Assembly (NCBI GenBank): GCA_977017575.1
Contig: CDRNVI010000037.1
Location: forward strand, 62,001-126,000
Direction of reading: 5' to 3'
Source: Paramoeba atlantica
Lineage: Eukaryota; Protista; Discosea
DNA length: 64,000 nt
Shown: in pieces, positions 46,148 to 58,542 of the stretch
How positions within the stretch are numbered: the stretch's first letter is position 1
Layout of the letters: each line of letters begins with the position of its first letter
The notes under the pieces: model-generated
What the model was told of the DNA's origin: nothing
Database searches by the model: none
The model's input: only the letters and a program-made list of their open reading frames with translations
Position numbers and translations under genes: made by a program

Positions 46148-46987
46148 ATGAGCATAACAATACTTGCGATGTCCCTCTCCGACGCTCAGAAGCCGCACGC
46201 CCCGCGAAATTCGCACAACGAGGGAAATGAAGAAGGCAAGCACAATGTTCGAATAGGAAGGGTGGGAGGTTCGAATTTACCTCAGGAATACGAGCTCGCA
46301 CGGTTTGTTGAATTAGTAGAAAATCCACACCCTACATGGAACGTATCGACACCGGCGTGTGAATGGAAAGGTGTAACTTGTGAGGATGGCCTACATGTCA
46401 CTAAGATTGATTGGGAAAATGTTGCCGAGCTGAATAGCCTATCCGGGTCCATTCAATGGGAGTGGCTCCCCCAGAAAATCTTAGTGGTTGATGTCGCAAA
46501 ACAGAAATTGTCTGGAAATGTCCCTCTCAAGACGCTTCCTTCGAAATTACGTGTTTTAAATTTGGTTCTAAATCAATTTTCGGGCGGTTTGGATTTACAA
46601 TTTTTGCCAAACACATTAGAGAAGGTTTGGGTGGATTACAATAATTTTCAAGATGGTGTGGACTTGACGCAGTTGTCTCAGAGCTTGTTAGCGTTAACTC
46701 TTAGTAGCAATAAGTTATCCGGGCATGTCGATCTTGTTAGTTTGCCTAGCGGCATGACCTGTCTCAATCTATCGCGAAATTTGTTTACTGGACCAGTTCA
46801 GCTGCGCCGGTTGCCCGCGACGCTGAAAGCACTGTACCTTAACAACAATCACTTCACTGGGTTAGCAAGGCTTGATAATCTTCCAGAAAGCTTGGAAGTC
46901 TTGTGGATGCACGACAATGACGAACTCGCCTCTGAAGGCAATCCTCTTGATATCGATCACACTCTAGCGCTGAGCATTACCCTCTAA
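46148..46987 (+). CDS. LRR family copy 6 (longest copy)
   Basis: RIGRVGGSNLPQEYEL..TPACEWKGVTC plus about 8 LRRs. Confidence 0.88.
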   Translation: MSITILAMSLSDAQKPHAPRNSHNEGNEEGKHNVRIGRVGGSNLPQEYELARFVELVENPHPTWNVSTPACEWKGVTCEDGLHVTKIDWENVAELNSLSGSIQWEWLPQKILVVDVAKQKLSGNVPLKTLPSKLRVLNLVLNQFSGGLDLQFLPNTLEKVWVDYNNFQDGVDLTQLSQSLLALTLSSNKLSGHVDLVSLPSGMTCLNLSRNLFTGPVQLRRLPATLKALYLNNNHFTGLARLDNLPESLEVLWMHDNDELASEGNPLDIDHTLALSITL

Positions 46988-47475
46988 TATGATGATGCTT
47001 TTTACTGTTTATACAAATGTATAATATTATATTATATTTGCCGTAATACAGGATTTTTGCTGTATGATAATGCTTGTTTTGCTGGCGAAGGGTTTAAGGG
47101 GGGGGTGTAAAAAATGCTGTTATTTTAAGAAGTTACTTTAAACATAGTAACTTGCTATACTATTTCATTTTCCTGATCCTTTTCGAACATTAAGTTAATC
47201 GATTTTGGATATTGTATAAATTAGCAGTATAAATTAGCTGTAAATTTACATTACATTGGTGTACATTCACTTTGTACTACATTCACCTGGTACAAAAATA
47301 TGTATAAATGTTACATGTTATTGTACGTTTCTGGGAAAGAGTGCACTTATAGAACCCCATTGCACGAGGACTGCTCTATTCTTGATTTTCTAGTGTAAAA
47401 ATCGTGTATGCAGTTGTGGCTTTTTATAGGACACGTGATTCTGTACACGTTTTTCGAAGGTACATTTAAAATTTT

Positions 47476-47739
47476 ATGGATACGTTGACACCTCCGACAT
47501 CGGCCCGCGATGACCAGGGGCGTGTGGTAAACGAACTTCAACGCGACGTTGAACTTTTCGAGCAGTTTCGCAGTGCAGCCGGAAAAGGCGATCGTTCGCA
47601 AATACAGAAAATAATAGGACTTTATGAACTCGAAAAAGAAAGCTTGACAAAGGAGTGTGAGAAATACGCTAAAACACTGAAGAAGCTTGAAGAACAGTGT
47701 ACTCAACTGCGAAGGTGGTATGAGAATATCATGACATAA
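47476..47739 (+). CDS. Small coiled-coil hypothetical protein
   Basis: 87-aa ATG ORF on the host strand with heptad-like composition. Confidence 0.55.
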   Translation: MDTLTPPTSARDDQGRVVNELQRDVELFEQFRSAAGKGDRSQIQKIIGLYELEKESLTKECEKYAKTLKKLEEQCTQLRRWYENIMT

Positions 47740-48217
47740 CTGTCAAAAGCAATTCTTTTTGATTGACTTTAAATTTTGTACAGTCCAAAATTAGTCATAC
47801 GTTTTATTCTGTCCCTCAGTATGACAGAATTCAAATGCGATCGATCGATCAGTTACCTTACCGGTTCGGAGCTCAAGTTTAGTGGCTCTTTTTGAGGCGC
47901 AGCGGCACACCAAATTGTACTCTCATAAACTTTCGATGCTCAAGATGATCCTACACCCCTAATCAGAAAAACTGTTATAAAGGGTTTGAAATCATGGAGA
48001 GAGCTTTTGATTTTATTCTTTTTCGTAGTAAGTTTTTCGTAGTGTTAGGACAGTAGCGGAAAAATATAAATCTAATTTGTACTGTAGGTTATTGGCGTTT
48101 TCTTATTACGTCTACTCGATTTCCACCACTGGGTGGATTTTTGCGTTCAATGATATTCTGCTACTGCAGGCTGATATTTTCTACTTTTCAATGCTTTTCT
48201 GAACAAGAATACTAAAA

Positions 48218-48547
48218 ATGCAATGGCTAGCAGAAGAGCTCCAAATTCGGAAAGAATTACAGCCGCTTTTGCGACTTACTTGTAATCATTTCACTAATAG
48301 TCGTGCATTCAAAGATTACGAGGAACGTATAGAGACTACCATTTTGGCTCTATCTCACCCAGCGCCAGAGGAAAAACAAGTGGGGCAAATATTACTTCGG
48401 AATCTCCTTTTGGATTACCATCAACAGGATCTGACGTGGTATCAGCCTTCATCCCTATTATTGCGGCAGTCAGTGGAGTTAGCTCGATCGGAAATTCGAA
48501 AGTCGGAAAAAGAAAATCATGGAGTTCATACGCTTCCTGGGCAGTAA
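48218..48547 (+). CDS. Hypothetical protein
   Basis: 109-aa ATG ORF on the host strand; no motif recognised. Confidence 0.35.
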   Translation: MQWLAEELQIRKELQPLLRLTCNHFTNSRAFKDYEERIETTILALSHPAPEEKQVGQILLRNLLLDYHQQDLTWYQPSSLLLRQSVELARSEIRKSEKENHGVHTLPGQ

Positions 48548-49282
48548 AAAAACTTCGGAAATAATATTTCTGATAATTTGCGCCCCACAGAATTCGTACA
48601 CAGAGCGAAAAGAAGCACTTTTCAAGTCCGAAATATCGCTCCTTTACGAAGGCTTATTACGAAGGCTTATACGAAGGCTTATTACCGCCGTTCTACCTTG
48701 TTGCAGCCTTTTACACCCCTTTAAAATTCCCCCCAGAGAAAGTAAGAGCTCATTTACCAATGTAAGTTGGTAAAACACTCATAGGCATGACAGACATTGC
48801 GCGATATACGCAGCCCAGAAACACCCTATCAAAAGCACCTGCAAGGTGCAGGCTTCAATTCACATACGGATCCGACACCTCTTTTTCCATTAATTCAATT
48901 AATTGTCTTTTTTCTCAAAAAGCAGTCATAATGAAGTAAAGGAGCACATGATGTGTTCGCAAAAGAAAAGGAGTTGGAGCGGGTAAAAAATTGCGGTGGT
49001 TGTGTAAGTACCGTGTAACTACGGTGTACCCCCCCGTAACAAGGATCTGACACATTTTATCCCCAGTAACAAAGATTTGGCTCGGTAGGGTGGCTGGACG
49101 GGGGGTGGTCTTTTGGTCCAAAACCGATTCTATTACTGGGGGTATACAATACCGCTCCACCCTCTTTACACTTATTGGGGTGCCAATCATAGCGGATACT
49201 GTTCGAAAAATATAGTGTAAATACTGAAATCTGTGTATTTTCTTAAATATTGGAATCACCATTTTTCGAATTGATCGCCAAA

Positions 49283-50240
49283 ATGCTTCAAATATGGAAC
49301 GGGTCGACTCTAAAGATATTTTTCCAGTGTTTTGCTAGCATTGGGCTTCTCTTCTTGGGCGTTTTCCTGCCAAGTGTTCATGCCCAAACCCCCCATGGGA
49401 GTCTATTTCCAAAGGAGCCGAAATACTCCGTACGCTTTATTGAGCACTCTGAAGACATTCCACTGGATCGTGAGACCCTACAGAAACATTACGAAAGTTT
49501 ACGAATCCGTTCTGGCGTCGACCACACACTTTATCAATGCTTTCTACCCCTGTCAGATCACGCCGGACACATCCTCGGGCTCTCGATCGACCACGGTGTC
49601 TGAGTTCTACAACTTTACCAGCACCGAAGGGCGAATGCAGCTTCATCGCATCCTACAGGACACGCTGTCTCGGAAACGTATACGCAAATCTGCGGGATGG
49701 TGGAATTTTGATCTGCAATGGGACTCCGGTCTATTCCAATACCACCCGGACGCGAAGAATCGAACCGTGCGGCAATCCGAATACTGTCTTGGAAGGTTTT
49801 CGTCGTCCAACCACACAGAGGAAGCCCTACCGCAGTACGTGCCATCACCGGATGCCGCGGAGCCTGGATATCTTCGCTACACCTTAGCGTACGGTGATTT
49901 TTGTGAACTCACCCATCAGCCGCGAATGTGTGAGCTTCAAGTTTTCTGTTCCCGTATTGGGGAGATTGCACATGCGGACCGCTCGATGGAAATCCGAGAA
50001 ATCGCAAGCTGTAAGTACGAAGCTCATCTTTATCTGGACGCTTTGTGTGCATTTCCTCATTTCAAGGTGCAGGTAAGTCCTGAAAATGATATTTACTGTC
50101 TTCCGGTTATAGAAGACCCGGAAACTACAGAAACTGAGTTTATTTCTCCCCAGTATCCTATCGGTGACGATAGGAATGATGGGAAAGAAGATGAGAGCAT
50201 GAGCATGGGCGCAATATCGGAACAACAAGATCTAGAATGA
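49283..50240 (+). CDS. OS-9/Yos9-like ER lectin (MRH domain), split by a frameshift near 49555-49600
   Basis: Signal peptide and LYQCFLP in one frame; AGWWNF..FQYH..YCLG..YGDFCELTHQPR..C..EIASCKYE..LC in the next frame. Confidence 0.75.
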
Positions 50241-50590
50241 CTGCAACATAGGACAAGATGGGTAACACTTTCAGATTCTGTGTTGCGGCAAAGGCTACCA
50301 TCCGTGCGTACACTGTGTAACGTCATCTTATTCTACTCAAACACAGGCGCGAAGCGAGCTCAACGATCTGCACATCGTTTCTTTACATTTTACACTCTTT
50401 TTGGGTTGAGAGCTTGCATGTTTGCCTTTTCCCTTTACCTTGAAGGTCTTTTCACCACGAAGTCCGTCATGTCTTGGTTTTTTTCATAAGCAATGATACG
50501 GTAAGTCCTCATCTTTTTGTCTTTTCAATCCTAAAAAAGATGTACCTTGAAGTGCTTTCTAATCTTCATACATCACTTCCCCACCCCAAA

Positions 50591-51830
50591 ATGCTACCCC
50601 GCAAAATTCTCGTCTTCGGCGCCAACGGCTTTCTTGGCTCCCACATTATTCAGGAAGCCCACCGCCTCTCCTGCATGACCCCACCCCCCACATCCCCTCC
50701 TCCCACCCCCTCCGAAAACGCACCCTCCGAAAAAACACCCCCTCGAAACCCTACCCCTCCCGGCACCCCCACCCTCCCCTTCCCCCCGCTCACCCTCGTC
50801 GGGTTAAGCCGACGGGGCGCACCGAGCTCCGGTCCCCTCACTACCCCGCCCTTTGCCTCTTCCGATTCTTCTTCTCCTTCTTCTTCTTCTCCTCCTTCTT
50901 CCCCTTCTCCCCCCGCTGCCTTCTCCCTTACCTGGGAGTGCTGTGACGCCAGCCACCCCCCCCGACCTCCACGCCGCCCTCTCCCGTCACCCCGACGCCT
51001 CCGCGGTGATCTCCTGCATCGGGTGCTTCGCCTCCACCGCGTCCGTGACCCGGCAGGGCAACGCGCTCCCCAATGTGAACCTCGCACGCGCGATCTACAC
51101 ACAGGGGCTGGGCCGTTGTGTAGATCATAAGAATAAGAATAAAGATAAGAATAAAGAAGGTAATGAAGAGAAGGCTAAAGAAATGAATAAAGAAAATACG
51201 AAAGAGAATATTGAAAATACGAAAGAGAGTATTGAAAATACGAAAGAGAATATTGAAAATACGAAAGAGAGAATTGAAAATACGAAAGAGAATATTGAAA
51301 ATACGAAAGAGAATATGTTTGTAAAGAAAAACAAAGAAAAGGAGAGCGCTCACGATAGTGCTGGTCCTCCTCATCTTCGTAAAATGGTCTACATCTCTGC
51401 GGTCCAGTTCATCCGTCCGCTTCACCCTGTTTTAGGGATTCGCCTTCTCCCCCCTCTCCAAATCCTGCGGGGTTACTACGAGGGCAAACAAGAGGCGGAG
51501 GCGGCGGTGAGGACACTGGGCCCCGCCGAGGGGTTAGTGCTGCGACCCGGGATGATTTACGGGAGGCGTAGAGTTACGGAATCCGGGTGGGAGATCCCGC
51601 TGCAGTGGGTAGGGGGGCCACTGCGGGCGGTGCTGTCCCCGATGTACGCCCAATGTAACGGGTGTAGCGCCCTGACCCCTCCGATTTCCGCACAGGAGGT
51701 CGCGAGGGTGGCCCTGTTTGGGGCGCTGCTGGCCTCCCCACGGTTGCAGGGGACGATGGAGGTGGGGGAGATGGTGGAGGTGGGGGGGAAGGGGTGGGGA
51801 GAGGTGGCGAAGGGGGCGAGGTGGGTGTAG
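50591..51830 (+). CDS. NAD(P)-binding Rossmann-fold epimerase/dehydrogenase, frameshift in C8 run at 50956-50963
   Basis: KILVFGANGFLGSHI, VISCIG, VYISA, YYEGKQEAE, LRPGMIYG. Confidence 0.85.
51190..51315 (+). repeat. Coding 21-bp tandem repeat (ENTKE(N/S/R)I, about 6 copies)
   Basis: gaaaatacgaaagagaatatt repeated. Confidence 0.9.
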
Positions 51831-52252
51831 TGTGGGGAAGGGGGGGTAGAAATGGGAGGAAAGAAATGGGGGTGGTTGTACAAAGATTGACTGAAATGAT
51901 GTATGAAAGTCATTGTGGCTACTAGAGACAATTCTATCAGGGAAGTTCCTGTACATATTGTACCCCGAGTAAAAAATTAGCTCCTGTACATAAAACATTT
52001 TGCTTGTACATTTTACATGTACATGTAGATGAATATTCTAATCGTGATGAGTTACCATACAATAAGTTCAAATCAAAATATATGGAAATACTGGTGACGA
52101 TAGGTAAGCATCCCGCTTCATTGCGTAAATCTATAATTCGCCAGGTATGCTTGTATAAAAACGCATACTTTTCTGTCTCATGCGTGTACAGGCGTGTACA
52201 GGATTGACGATTCATTTTTATCAACTAGCCTTCTAAATATTTTTACCATTTC

Positions 52253-52885
52253 GTGTGTCGTATCCTCATGTGTGATTTGCAGTTGCTGTATGGTCATAAG
52301 TACCCTAAGATACTTGACTGCTCCGACACAACTAGTAAAATTACGAAAGCTGGAAAAATAAGAGGTATGCAACTGCCTCTAGAGTACGATCTTGAACGCA
52401 TGGTAAGTAACATAGAGAATCCTCTTCCCTCTTGGAATGCATCTGTACCTGCACACAAGTGGAAAGGAGTTATCTGTTCCGGGGACGCCATACTAAAATT
52501 TGAAGCTGAGAGCAAATTATTGCGCGGGACACTTTCATGGAGTACACTCCTACGATCGCTAACTCGATTATCGGTGTATAGTAACAAACTCAGTGGAGAC
52601 ATTGAACTGGAAAATCTCCCCCCAAAACTCAGCTCGTTAAACGCTTCGTACAATCGTTTTACTGGTAACGTTGATCTTTGCAACCTTCCAGTGACACTAA
52701 ATGCGTTGATACTCTCGGAGAATGAGTTATATGGCCACGTAACGTTTACCAATCTTCCTTCTGTAATCGTAAGTCTTTCATTGCGCAACAACGTCGAACT
52801 TACTGGTACAGTACACTTGCATTTGTTGCCGATAAGCATAAGATACAAGACTTTTACGAACACAAAAATTACAGTGTTGGATTGA
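52253..52885 (+). CDS. LRR family copy 7 (start codon uncertain)
   Basis: KAGKIRGMQLPLEYDLER..W..KWKGVIC plus LRRs. Confidence 0.82.
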   Translation: MCRILMCDLQLLYGHKYPKILDCSDTTSKITKAGKIRGMQLPLEYDLERMVSNIENPLPSWNASVPAHKWKGVICSGDAILKFEAESKLLRGTLSWSTLLRSLTRLSVYSNKLSGDIELENLPPKLSSLNASYNRFTGNVDLCNLPVTLNALILSENELYGHVTFTNLPSVIVSLSLRNNVELTGTVHLHLLPISIRYKTFTNTKITVLD

Positions 52886-53161
52886 GCTTGCACATACAGT
52901 CTGCGTCATAATATTCCCCCCTCAGGAATAGAAACGGAAGATATTAAATGAAATGAAGCGGGGTAACCATGGCATGAATTTCTTTTTGATAACTTTTCGG
53001 GGATTTTCACAACCCAAACTGGTTTTTTTCTATCCTAATGATAGACCTTACTAATGACATTAGTAATGCGGCGTGTCACGTGAATGCATCTGTATGTGAC
53101 ACATGAATACATGTGTGTTCTCACAATCAAGGCTTAAAAGGGAGTCTCATAATGAATCATC

Positions 53162-53281
53162 GTGATCCAAATCATCGCATTTTTTGTTGTTTTCAAGGCT
53201 ACTATCATAATGGCTTTTTTCTTAGATGCGGCGGATAATATGCCTAAAGCGGCTCGGGTGCGTGGGGCATCCCTCCCGCAA
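53162..53281 (+). pseudogene. LRR family copy 8, truncated at the Merlin end
   Basis: AADNMPKAARVRGASLPQ matches the family N-terminus and stops next to the Merlin TIR. Confidence 0.55.
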
Positions 53282-53295
53282 GTTGGTTCCTCTGT

Positions 53296-54540
53296 GGAAC
53301 CAACTGCGGTCAAAGTCAAGCATTATTTCACACTTTCAGAAAAATCTCATATTGACTGGTCATATTGACTTTTATAAAATTTATAGCACCTTAAACCTCT
53401 CTTCGAGTTATCTTAAACGCTAGCTTAAACATATTCTAGAACGATTTCCACGTTCTCGCAATACCACTTCACGTCTTGAAACAGGCGACGGAGGGCATGA
53501 CCGTCTTGTTCTCCTCTTTTCAGCTTGCCGTTTACAACTTCTCCGGCGAACTTCAGCCGGTTGTCTCGCGCTTCTACTCCACTACCAAGTGTGCCGTTGC
53601 CCCGCATGCGGACTTCTTTTTTCAACATCCCGTTCATGCGCTCAGCAGTCTGAGTGTGCACCCCGGTGACAGGATCAACCCAGTGACGGCGATGGTTTAC
53701 TGTTCCATGGTTGAGTCTGTTGCCCAAGGCATTGCTGCCTCTCCATCCATCCGTGTGAACAATGGTACGTTCGCTTGCGGCCAGTTCAAACACAGGGTCA
53801 TTAGTCGAGGAACTACGGCGGTCTTCCAGCGTGCTTACAAATATCTGCTCAGCTTTCCGAGAACGAGAGGTCTGTGTCAGGACGTTTGCCCAGGTTGATC
53901 CCCCTTGGCGAATGCGGGCTGGTCGGTTATTACCCCCCCTTTTTGGCTTAGAAAAGCAAGTTTCGTCCTTCTGCATGATAGTAACAGTTCCTCGTGCAGC
54001 CGCAGTTCGCATTTCATGAACGGAAGCAACAATACGTTCCAACTTTTTTGTCAATTCTGTGACAGTTTGACTACTTAAAAGTGTTTCCAGAGTCAGTTGA
54101 TCACGACCATTGCCGTTCGCCATACCATATAGAACTTGAAGAATTTGGCTTGGTGTTCGGCGACCGAAGGAACTTAAGAGTGGCTCCATGTGGTATGTAC
54201 GACTCCGACACAAACGATCGGGGCAGACCCAATGATCGCCTTTCCGCAAGCAAATGCGAGTTTCATGCCGCTTGCTACAGATGACGCTCTGGAAAACAAG
54301 TTTGTGGCCTTTCAACCACTCGACAATATCATTTTCGGGGGCGCGGGCGAGCACACTATAGCTAATACTGTCTGTACATTGGAAATTGGGGCAAAACGAG
54401 CAATCCATCGAGAATGGTGCAGAAATATGCGAAAAATATCCTAAAAAACACTTTGTAAGTAAAATATGATCAAATGAGAACATCAACAAAAAAGTTTTTT
54501 TTTGTGAAATAATGTTTGACTTTCACCCCAACTGCTTACC
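53296..54540 (-). mobile_element. Merlin (IS1595/IS1016-like) DNA transposon with intact 354-aa transposase (53425-54489)
   Basis: Cys-rich N-terminus, QKDETCF, VHTDGWRG, VNHRRHWVDPVTGVHTQTAE. Imperfect TIRs share aaagtcaa.cattatttcaca. Confidence 0.88.
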
Positions 54541-54870
54541 CATGGGCTCTGGAATGTGATCTTGAAAGAACGTCTCTTCCGAAATGACGATTCGGGGTTT
54601 CTTGTGTCTTGCTTTATACAGTATTACTACTAGTAGAGTTTACCTACTAGTAGTAGTGGGTAGTACTAGGATGTTCATATATTTCTTTTGTAAATATGGG
54701 GGACAGTACTATACCTCCCCCCTGTTTATCAGTTCCCCTAATTCTGGTACGCTTATGAGTTCCTTTTTCTAAGGTTTTTCTGAGGCCCGCTCACGTGGGC
54801 CCTCGCCATGCCCCCCCTTCGGCTTCGCAAATTGCTTCTCACTAACGACGCCGCGTATGGCTGAAAATGT

Positions 54871-54940
54871 AACCGCAGGGAGTCGAACCTTCGACCACTA
54901 GATTATGAAGGTCAGGTCTTACCCACTGGACTACCTGGGT
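54871..54940 (-). pseudogene. Degenerate tRNA-like sequence (CAT in the loop position)
   Basis: Minus strand tagtccagtgggtaagac...ggttcgactccc carries A/B boxes, but the stems are broken. It resembles the tRNA-like sequence at about 25520-25585. Confidence 0.45.
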
Positions 54941-55499
54941 TCGAGTCCCGGGACCTACGTTTTTAAACACCGTGATTTGTGCCCAAATCGAGGATAGAGG
55001 GGGGACTGGGCCTTCTTTTCTCACCCTTCTGGATCCACCCTACCCCGGACACCATAAAGAAGGGAGAGGCAGAGGTTGTAAACAACACCCGCAATTTACG
55101 CAACATACGCAGAGCGTAAATTGAACGGCTACGAGCTCCACCCACCTTCAAGTTCAGTAGAAGAACTAACGAGCTACGAGGCTCAACCAGGCACTATGGC
55201 GCATATAAGATTAATTATGTAATTTTTTCGCAGTCTGATAAAACAAAATACTAGTAGTATTTATCGTTCAATAGCGGGAGTTTTGGTGCGTAACTTTCAG
55301 TTTTTTACTCTCTTGCTGTCATCTAGATCATCAGACCCCCTCTCATTATTCTTCGCTGGTGAAACCCTCACCCTTCACCAAGAAATACAAGCCCACACAC
55401 CCACACATACACACTCATCGCTCTCGTCAAATTTCTCCTTTCTTTCCTACACCTCTCTATCCCCCGTCCTCACATCCCCCCTCTCTCCTCTCCTCTCCC

Positions 55500-58043
55500 A
55501 TGACCATCGTCTCCGTCATCAAACGCAACCACTCCACCCAACACCTCGAGCGCACCAAACTCCTCACCCGGGTCGCCCTCCTCACCTCCGATCTCGACAC
55601 CCGCTACCTCGACACCCCCTCCCTGGTCGACGCCGTCCTCGCCGGCACCTACCCCAACATCTCCACCGAGGCCCTGGATGAGCTCCTGGCACAAACCGCC
55701 GCCTCCCGATCCACCCAGCACCCGGACTACGGCAAACTCGCGGGTCGTCTCGCTCTCACGGCGCTCTATAAAACGACACCGGATACCTTCCTGGAAGCCA
55801 TGACCGTGCTCTACAACTACACCAACCCCGTCACCGGTGAGCCCTCCCCCATTATCTCCCCTTTTATTTATAATCTCATAAAACAAAATGAAGCTCTGTT
55901 GCAAAACGCTCTACTGCCCTCCAATGATCTCAACTACGAGTACTTCGGGTACAAGACGTTGGAGCGAAGCTATCTGCTTCGGGTTGAAAAACAGGGGAAG
56001 CGGATTGTGGTGGAGCGCCCGCAGTACATGCTAATGCGTGTGGCGCTGGGGATTCACGGGGAGGACATGGAGGGGGTGGTGAAGGCCTATGGGTTACTCT
56101 CCCAAGGGTGGTTTACCCATTCCACCCCGACGTTGTTTAATGCGGGAACCCCGGCCCCGCAGATGAGCAGTTGTTTTTTGCTCTCCACGGTGTCGGATTC
56201 GATTGCGGGGATTTATGACACGTTGCGACGGTGTGCGGTGATTTCGAAGAGTGCCGGGGGGATTGGGTTGCATGTGCATGAGATCCGGGCCGCGGGGTCG
56301 TATATTAAAGGGACGAACGGGACCTCGAATGGGCTGGTGCCGATGTTGCGGGTGTTTAATGACACGGCAAGGTATGTGGATCAGGGAGGGGGGAAGCGAA
56401 AAGGGGCGTTTGCGATTTATCTCGAGCCCTGGCATGCGGATATTTTTGACTTTCTCTCGTTGAAGCGTAACACGGGGAAGGAGGAGATGCGTGCGCGGGA
56501 TTTGTTCTACGGGTTGTGGATTCCGGATCTGTTTATGAAACGGGTGCAGGAGAAGGGAACGTGGACGTTGTTTGACCCGAACACCGCACCAGGGCTTCCT
56601 GAGACGTACGGCGAGGAATTTGAAAAGCTGTATGAGAAGTACGAACAGGAGGGGGTGGGGGTTCGTACGGTCCAAGCCCAGGAGCTGTGGTTTACGATTG
56701 TGGAGAGTCAAATTGAGACCGGTACTCCGTACATGTTGTACAAGGATGCGTGCAATCGGAAATCCAACCAGAAAAATCTTGGCACCATCCAGTGTAGTAA
56801 TTTGTGCACCGAGATTGTGGAGTACACCAGCCCGGAGGAAGTTGCAGTGTGCAATCTTGCTTCCATTGCGCTCCCCATGTACGTGCGAGAACAGGAACCA
56901 GCTCAAGGTGAGAGTACTAAAGATGCCACCCCTCTCCCTTACTTTGATTTTGAAAAACTGCGCAACGATGCCGCCTTTGTGACCATCTCCCTGAACCGTG
57001 TCATTGACCGCAACCACTACCCCGTCCAGGAGGCACGTCGGAGTAATCTACGACACCGTCCGATTGGGATTGGCGTCCAGGGTCTCGCAGACGCCTTTCT
57101 TCGCCTCCGACTCCCCTTTGCCTCCGCTGAGGCTCAAAAACTCAACGATGAAATTTTTGAAACTATTTATTTTGGCGCCGCCGAAGCCTCCTGTGAACTC
57201 GCTAAGCAGTTCGGCCCGTATGAGACATTCCCGGGTAGTCCTATGAGTCAGGGACAATTCCAGTTTGACTTATGGGGGGAGAAACCTCCCAGTGGTCGGT
57301 GGGACTGGGATGCGCTGCGGGTCCGAATCCAACAGCACGGCATGCGAAATTCTCTGCTACTAGCTCCCATGCCTACGGCCTCGACATCTCAGATCCTTGG
57401 CAACAATGAGTGCTTTGAGCCTTTTACCAGTAACCTCTACGTGCGTCGTGTACTCAGCGGCGAGTTCCCTGTGGTGAATAAATATCTGGTACGGGATCTT
57501 ATCCGACTGGGGATTTGGAATGAGGACACGCGGAACGCCATTATAGCCGCCAACGGCAGCGTGCAAACTCTCCCAAGCCTCCCACAGGAGTACAAGGAGC
57601 TCTACCGCACCGTGTGGGAAATCAAACAAAAGGACATTCTCGATATGGCCGTGGCCCGGGGGAAGTACATTTGCCAGAGCCAATCACTGAATCTGTTTTT
57701 GGAGACCCCCAGCAGCGCGCAAATCACCTCGATGCACTTTTACGGCTGGAAGAAAGGGCTGAAGACCGGGATGTACTATTTGCGCTCCCGTCCGGCCGTG
57801 GATGCGATTAAGTTTACCGTCGATACCGCGCGACTCGAGGGGAAAGGATCTGTGGAGAAAAAAAAAGTGGCAGCCACGACCTCTCCCTCGAAAGTAGGCT
57901 CGAAACGTACGCAGCAGGAGAGGGAGGGGGGAGAAAGAAGTGATATTCGTTCTCCTCTCCGGCCCGGACCTCCGACAGTGGATGATGCCGCTCGTAGTGC
58001 AGCTGACGAGGAGGAGGGGGAGTGCCTGGCGTGTGGGTCGTAG
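55500..58043 (+). CDS. RNR1: Ribonucleoside-diphosphate reductase large subunit (class Ia, ATP cone)
   Basis: [74 protein letters not shown]-terminal CLACGS. Confidence 0.98.
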   Translation: MTIVSVIKRNHSTQHLERTKLLTRVALLTSDLDTRYLDTPSLVDAVLAGTYPNISTEALDELLAQTAASRSTQHPDYGKLAGRLALTALYKTTPDTFLEAMTVLYNYTNPVTGEPSPIISPFIYNLIKQNEALLQNALLPSNDLNYEYFGYKTLERSYLLRVEKQGKRIVVERPQYMLMRVALGIHGEDMEGVVKAYGLLSQGWFTHSTPTLFNAGTPAPQMSSCFLLSTVSDSIAGIYDTLRRCAVISKSAGGIGLHVHEIRAAGSYIKGTNGTSNGLVPMLRVFNDTARYVDQGGGKRKGAFAIYLEPWHADIFDFLSLKRNTGKEEMRARDLFYGLWIPDLFMKRVQEKGTWTLFDPNTAPGLPETYGEEFEKLYEKYEQEGVGVRTVQAQELWFTIVESQIETGTPYMLYKDACNRKSNQKNLGTIQCSNLCTEIVEYTSPEEVAVCNLASIALPMYVREQEPAQGESTKDATPLPYFDFEKLRNDAAFVTISLNRVIDRNHYPVQEARRSNLRHRPIGIGVQGLADAFLRLRLPFASAEAQKLNDEIFETIYFGAAEASCELAKQFGPYETFPGSPMSQGQFQFDLWGEKPPSGRWDWDALRVRIQQHGMRNSLLLAPMPTASTSQILGNNECFEPFTSNLYVRRVLSGEFPVVNKYLVRDLIRLGIWNEDTRNAIIAANGSVQTLPSLPQEYKELYRTVWEIKQKDILDMAVARGKYICQSQSLNLFLETPSSAQITSMHFYGWKKGLKTGMYYLRSRPAVDAIKFTVDTARLEGKGSVEKKKVAATTSPSKVGSKRTQQEREGGERSDIRSPLRPGPPTVDDAARSAADEEEGECLACGS

Positions 58044-58542
58044 AAATGTTTCAAAAAGAAAGGGGGTTTTAGAAGGAAAAGAATTACTCGCTTGTGTAAA
58101 TGTTTGAACAGCGTATGGGTGGGGTTCGGTTTGCAATAAATTCGGTGGGAAAGTGGAATAAGAAATAGAAAGGACTCGAATGTATTAAGATGGGGAGGAA
58201 ACAGCAGATGTGACTGCAAAAAGTGTTATGAAATTATTTCATAAACGCTATTCCAAATAGCGTCAAAGTAGAGACCAATGTTGTAAATTTTAAAGCTCGA
58301 AAAATTGTAGTGGATAAAATAGAGATGAAACAATCTTATTTTTCTCTTTCTTGTTTTACGATCATTCGAAACTTTTTCGAACTACCAAACTGACAAGCTA
58401 TATTCATTCGGGAGATTATTGAACGTCCTTTATGCATTGAATATGATGAAATGATGCAGAACTTTATGATTAACTTTTTTAACACATTTAATATACTTTT
58501 TTCCTTGTCCTTCATTTTTCTTCATTTTGAGGAACGCATATC

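Noticed and set aside
50956-50963. Programmed frameshift or pseudogenisation of the epimerase (also the G5 run at 7064 and the C8 run at 17425)
   Set aside because: All are single extra bases in G/C homopolymers, typical of long-read consensus error; not interpretable without reads.
52294-52893. Long antisense or alternate-frame ORFs over real genes (e.g. 52294-52893, 56094-57017, 35704-36531, 2195-2776)
   Set aside because: Shadow ORFs caused by codon bias and C/G-rich composition, with no motifs.
2476-58043. Endogenous giant-virus segment
   Set aside because: No capsid, packaging ATPase, viral polymerase or similar genes. The nucleotide enzymes are kinetoplastid-type and interleaved with LC8, IF1, NTF2 and OS-9.
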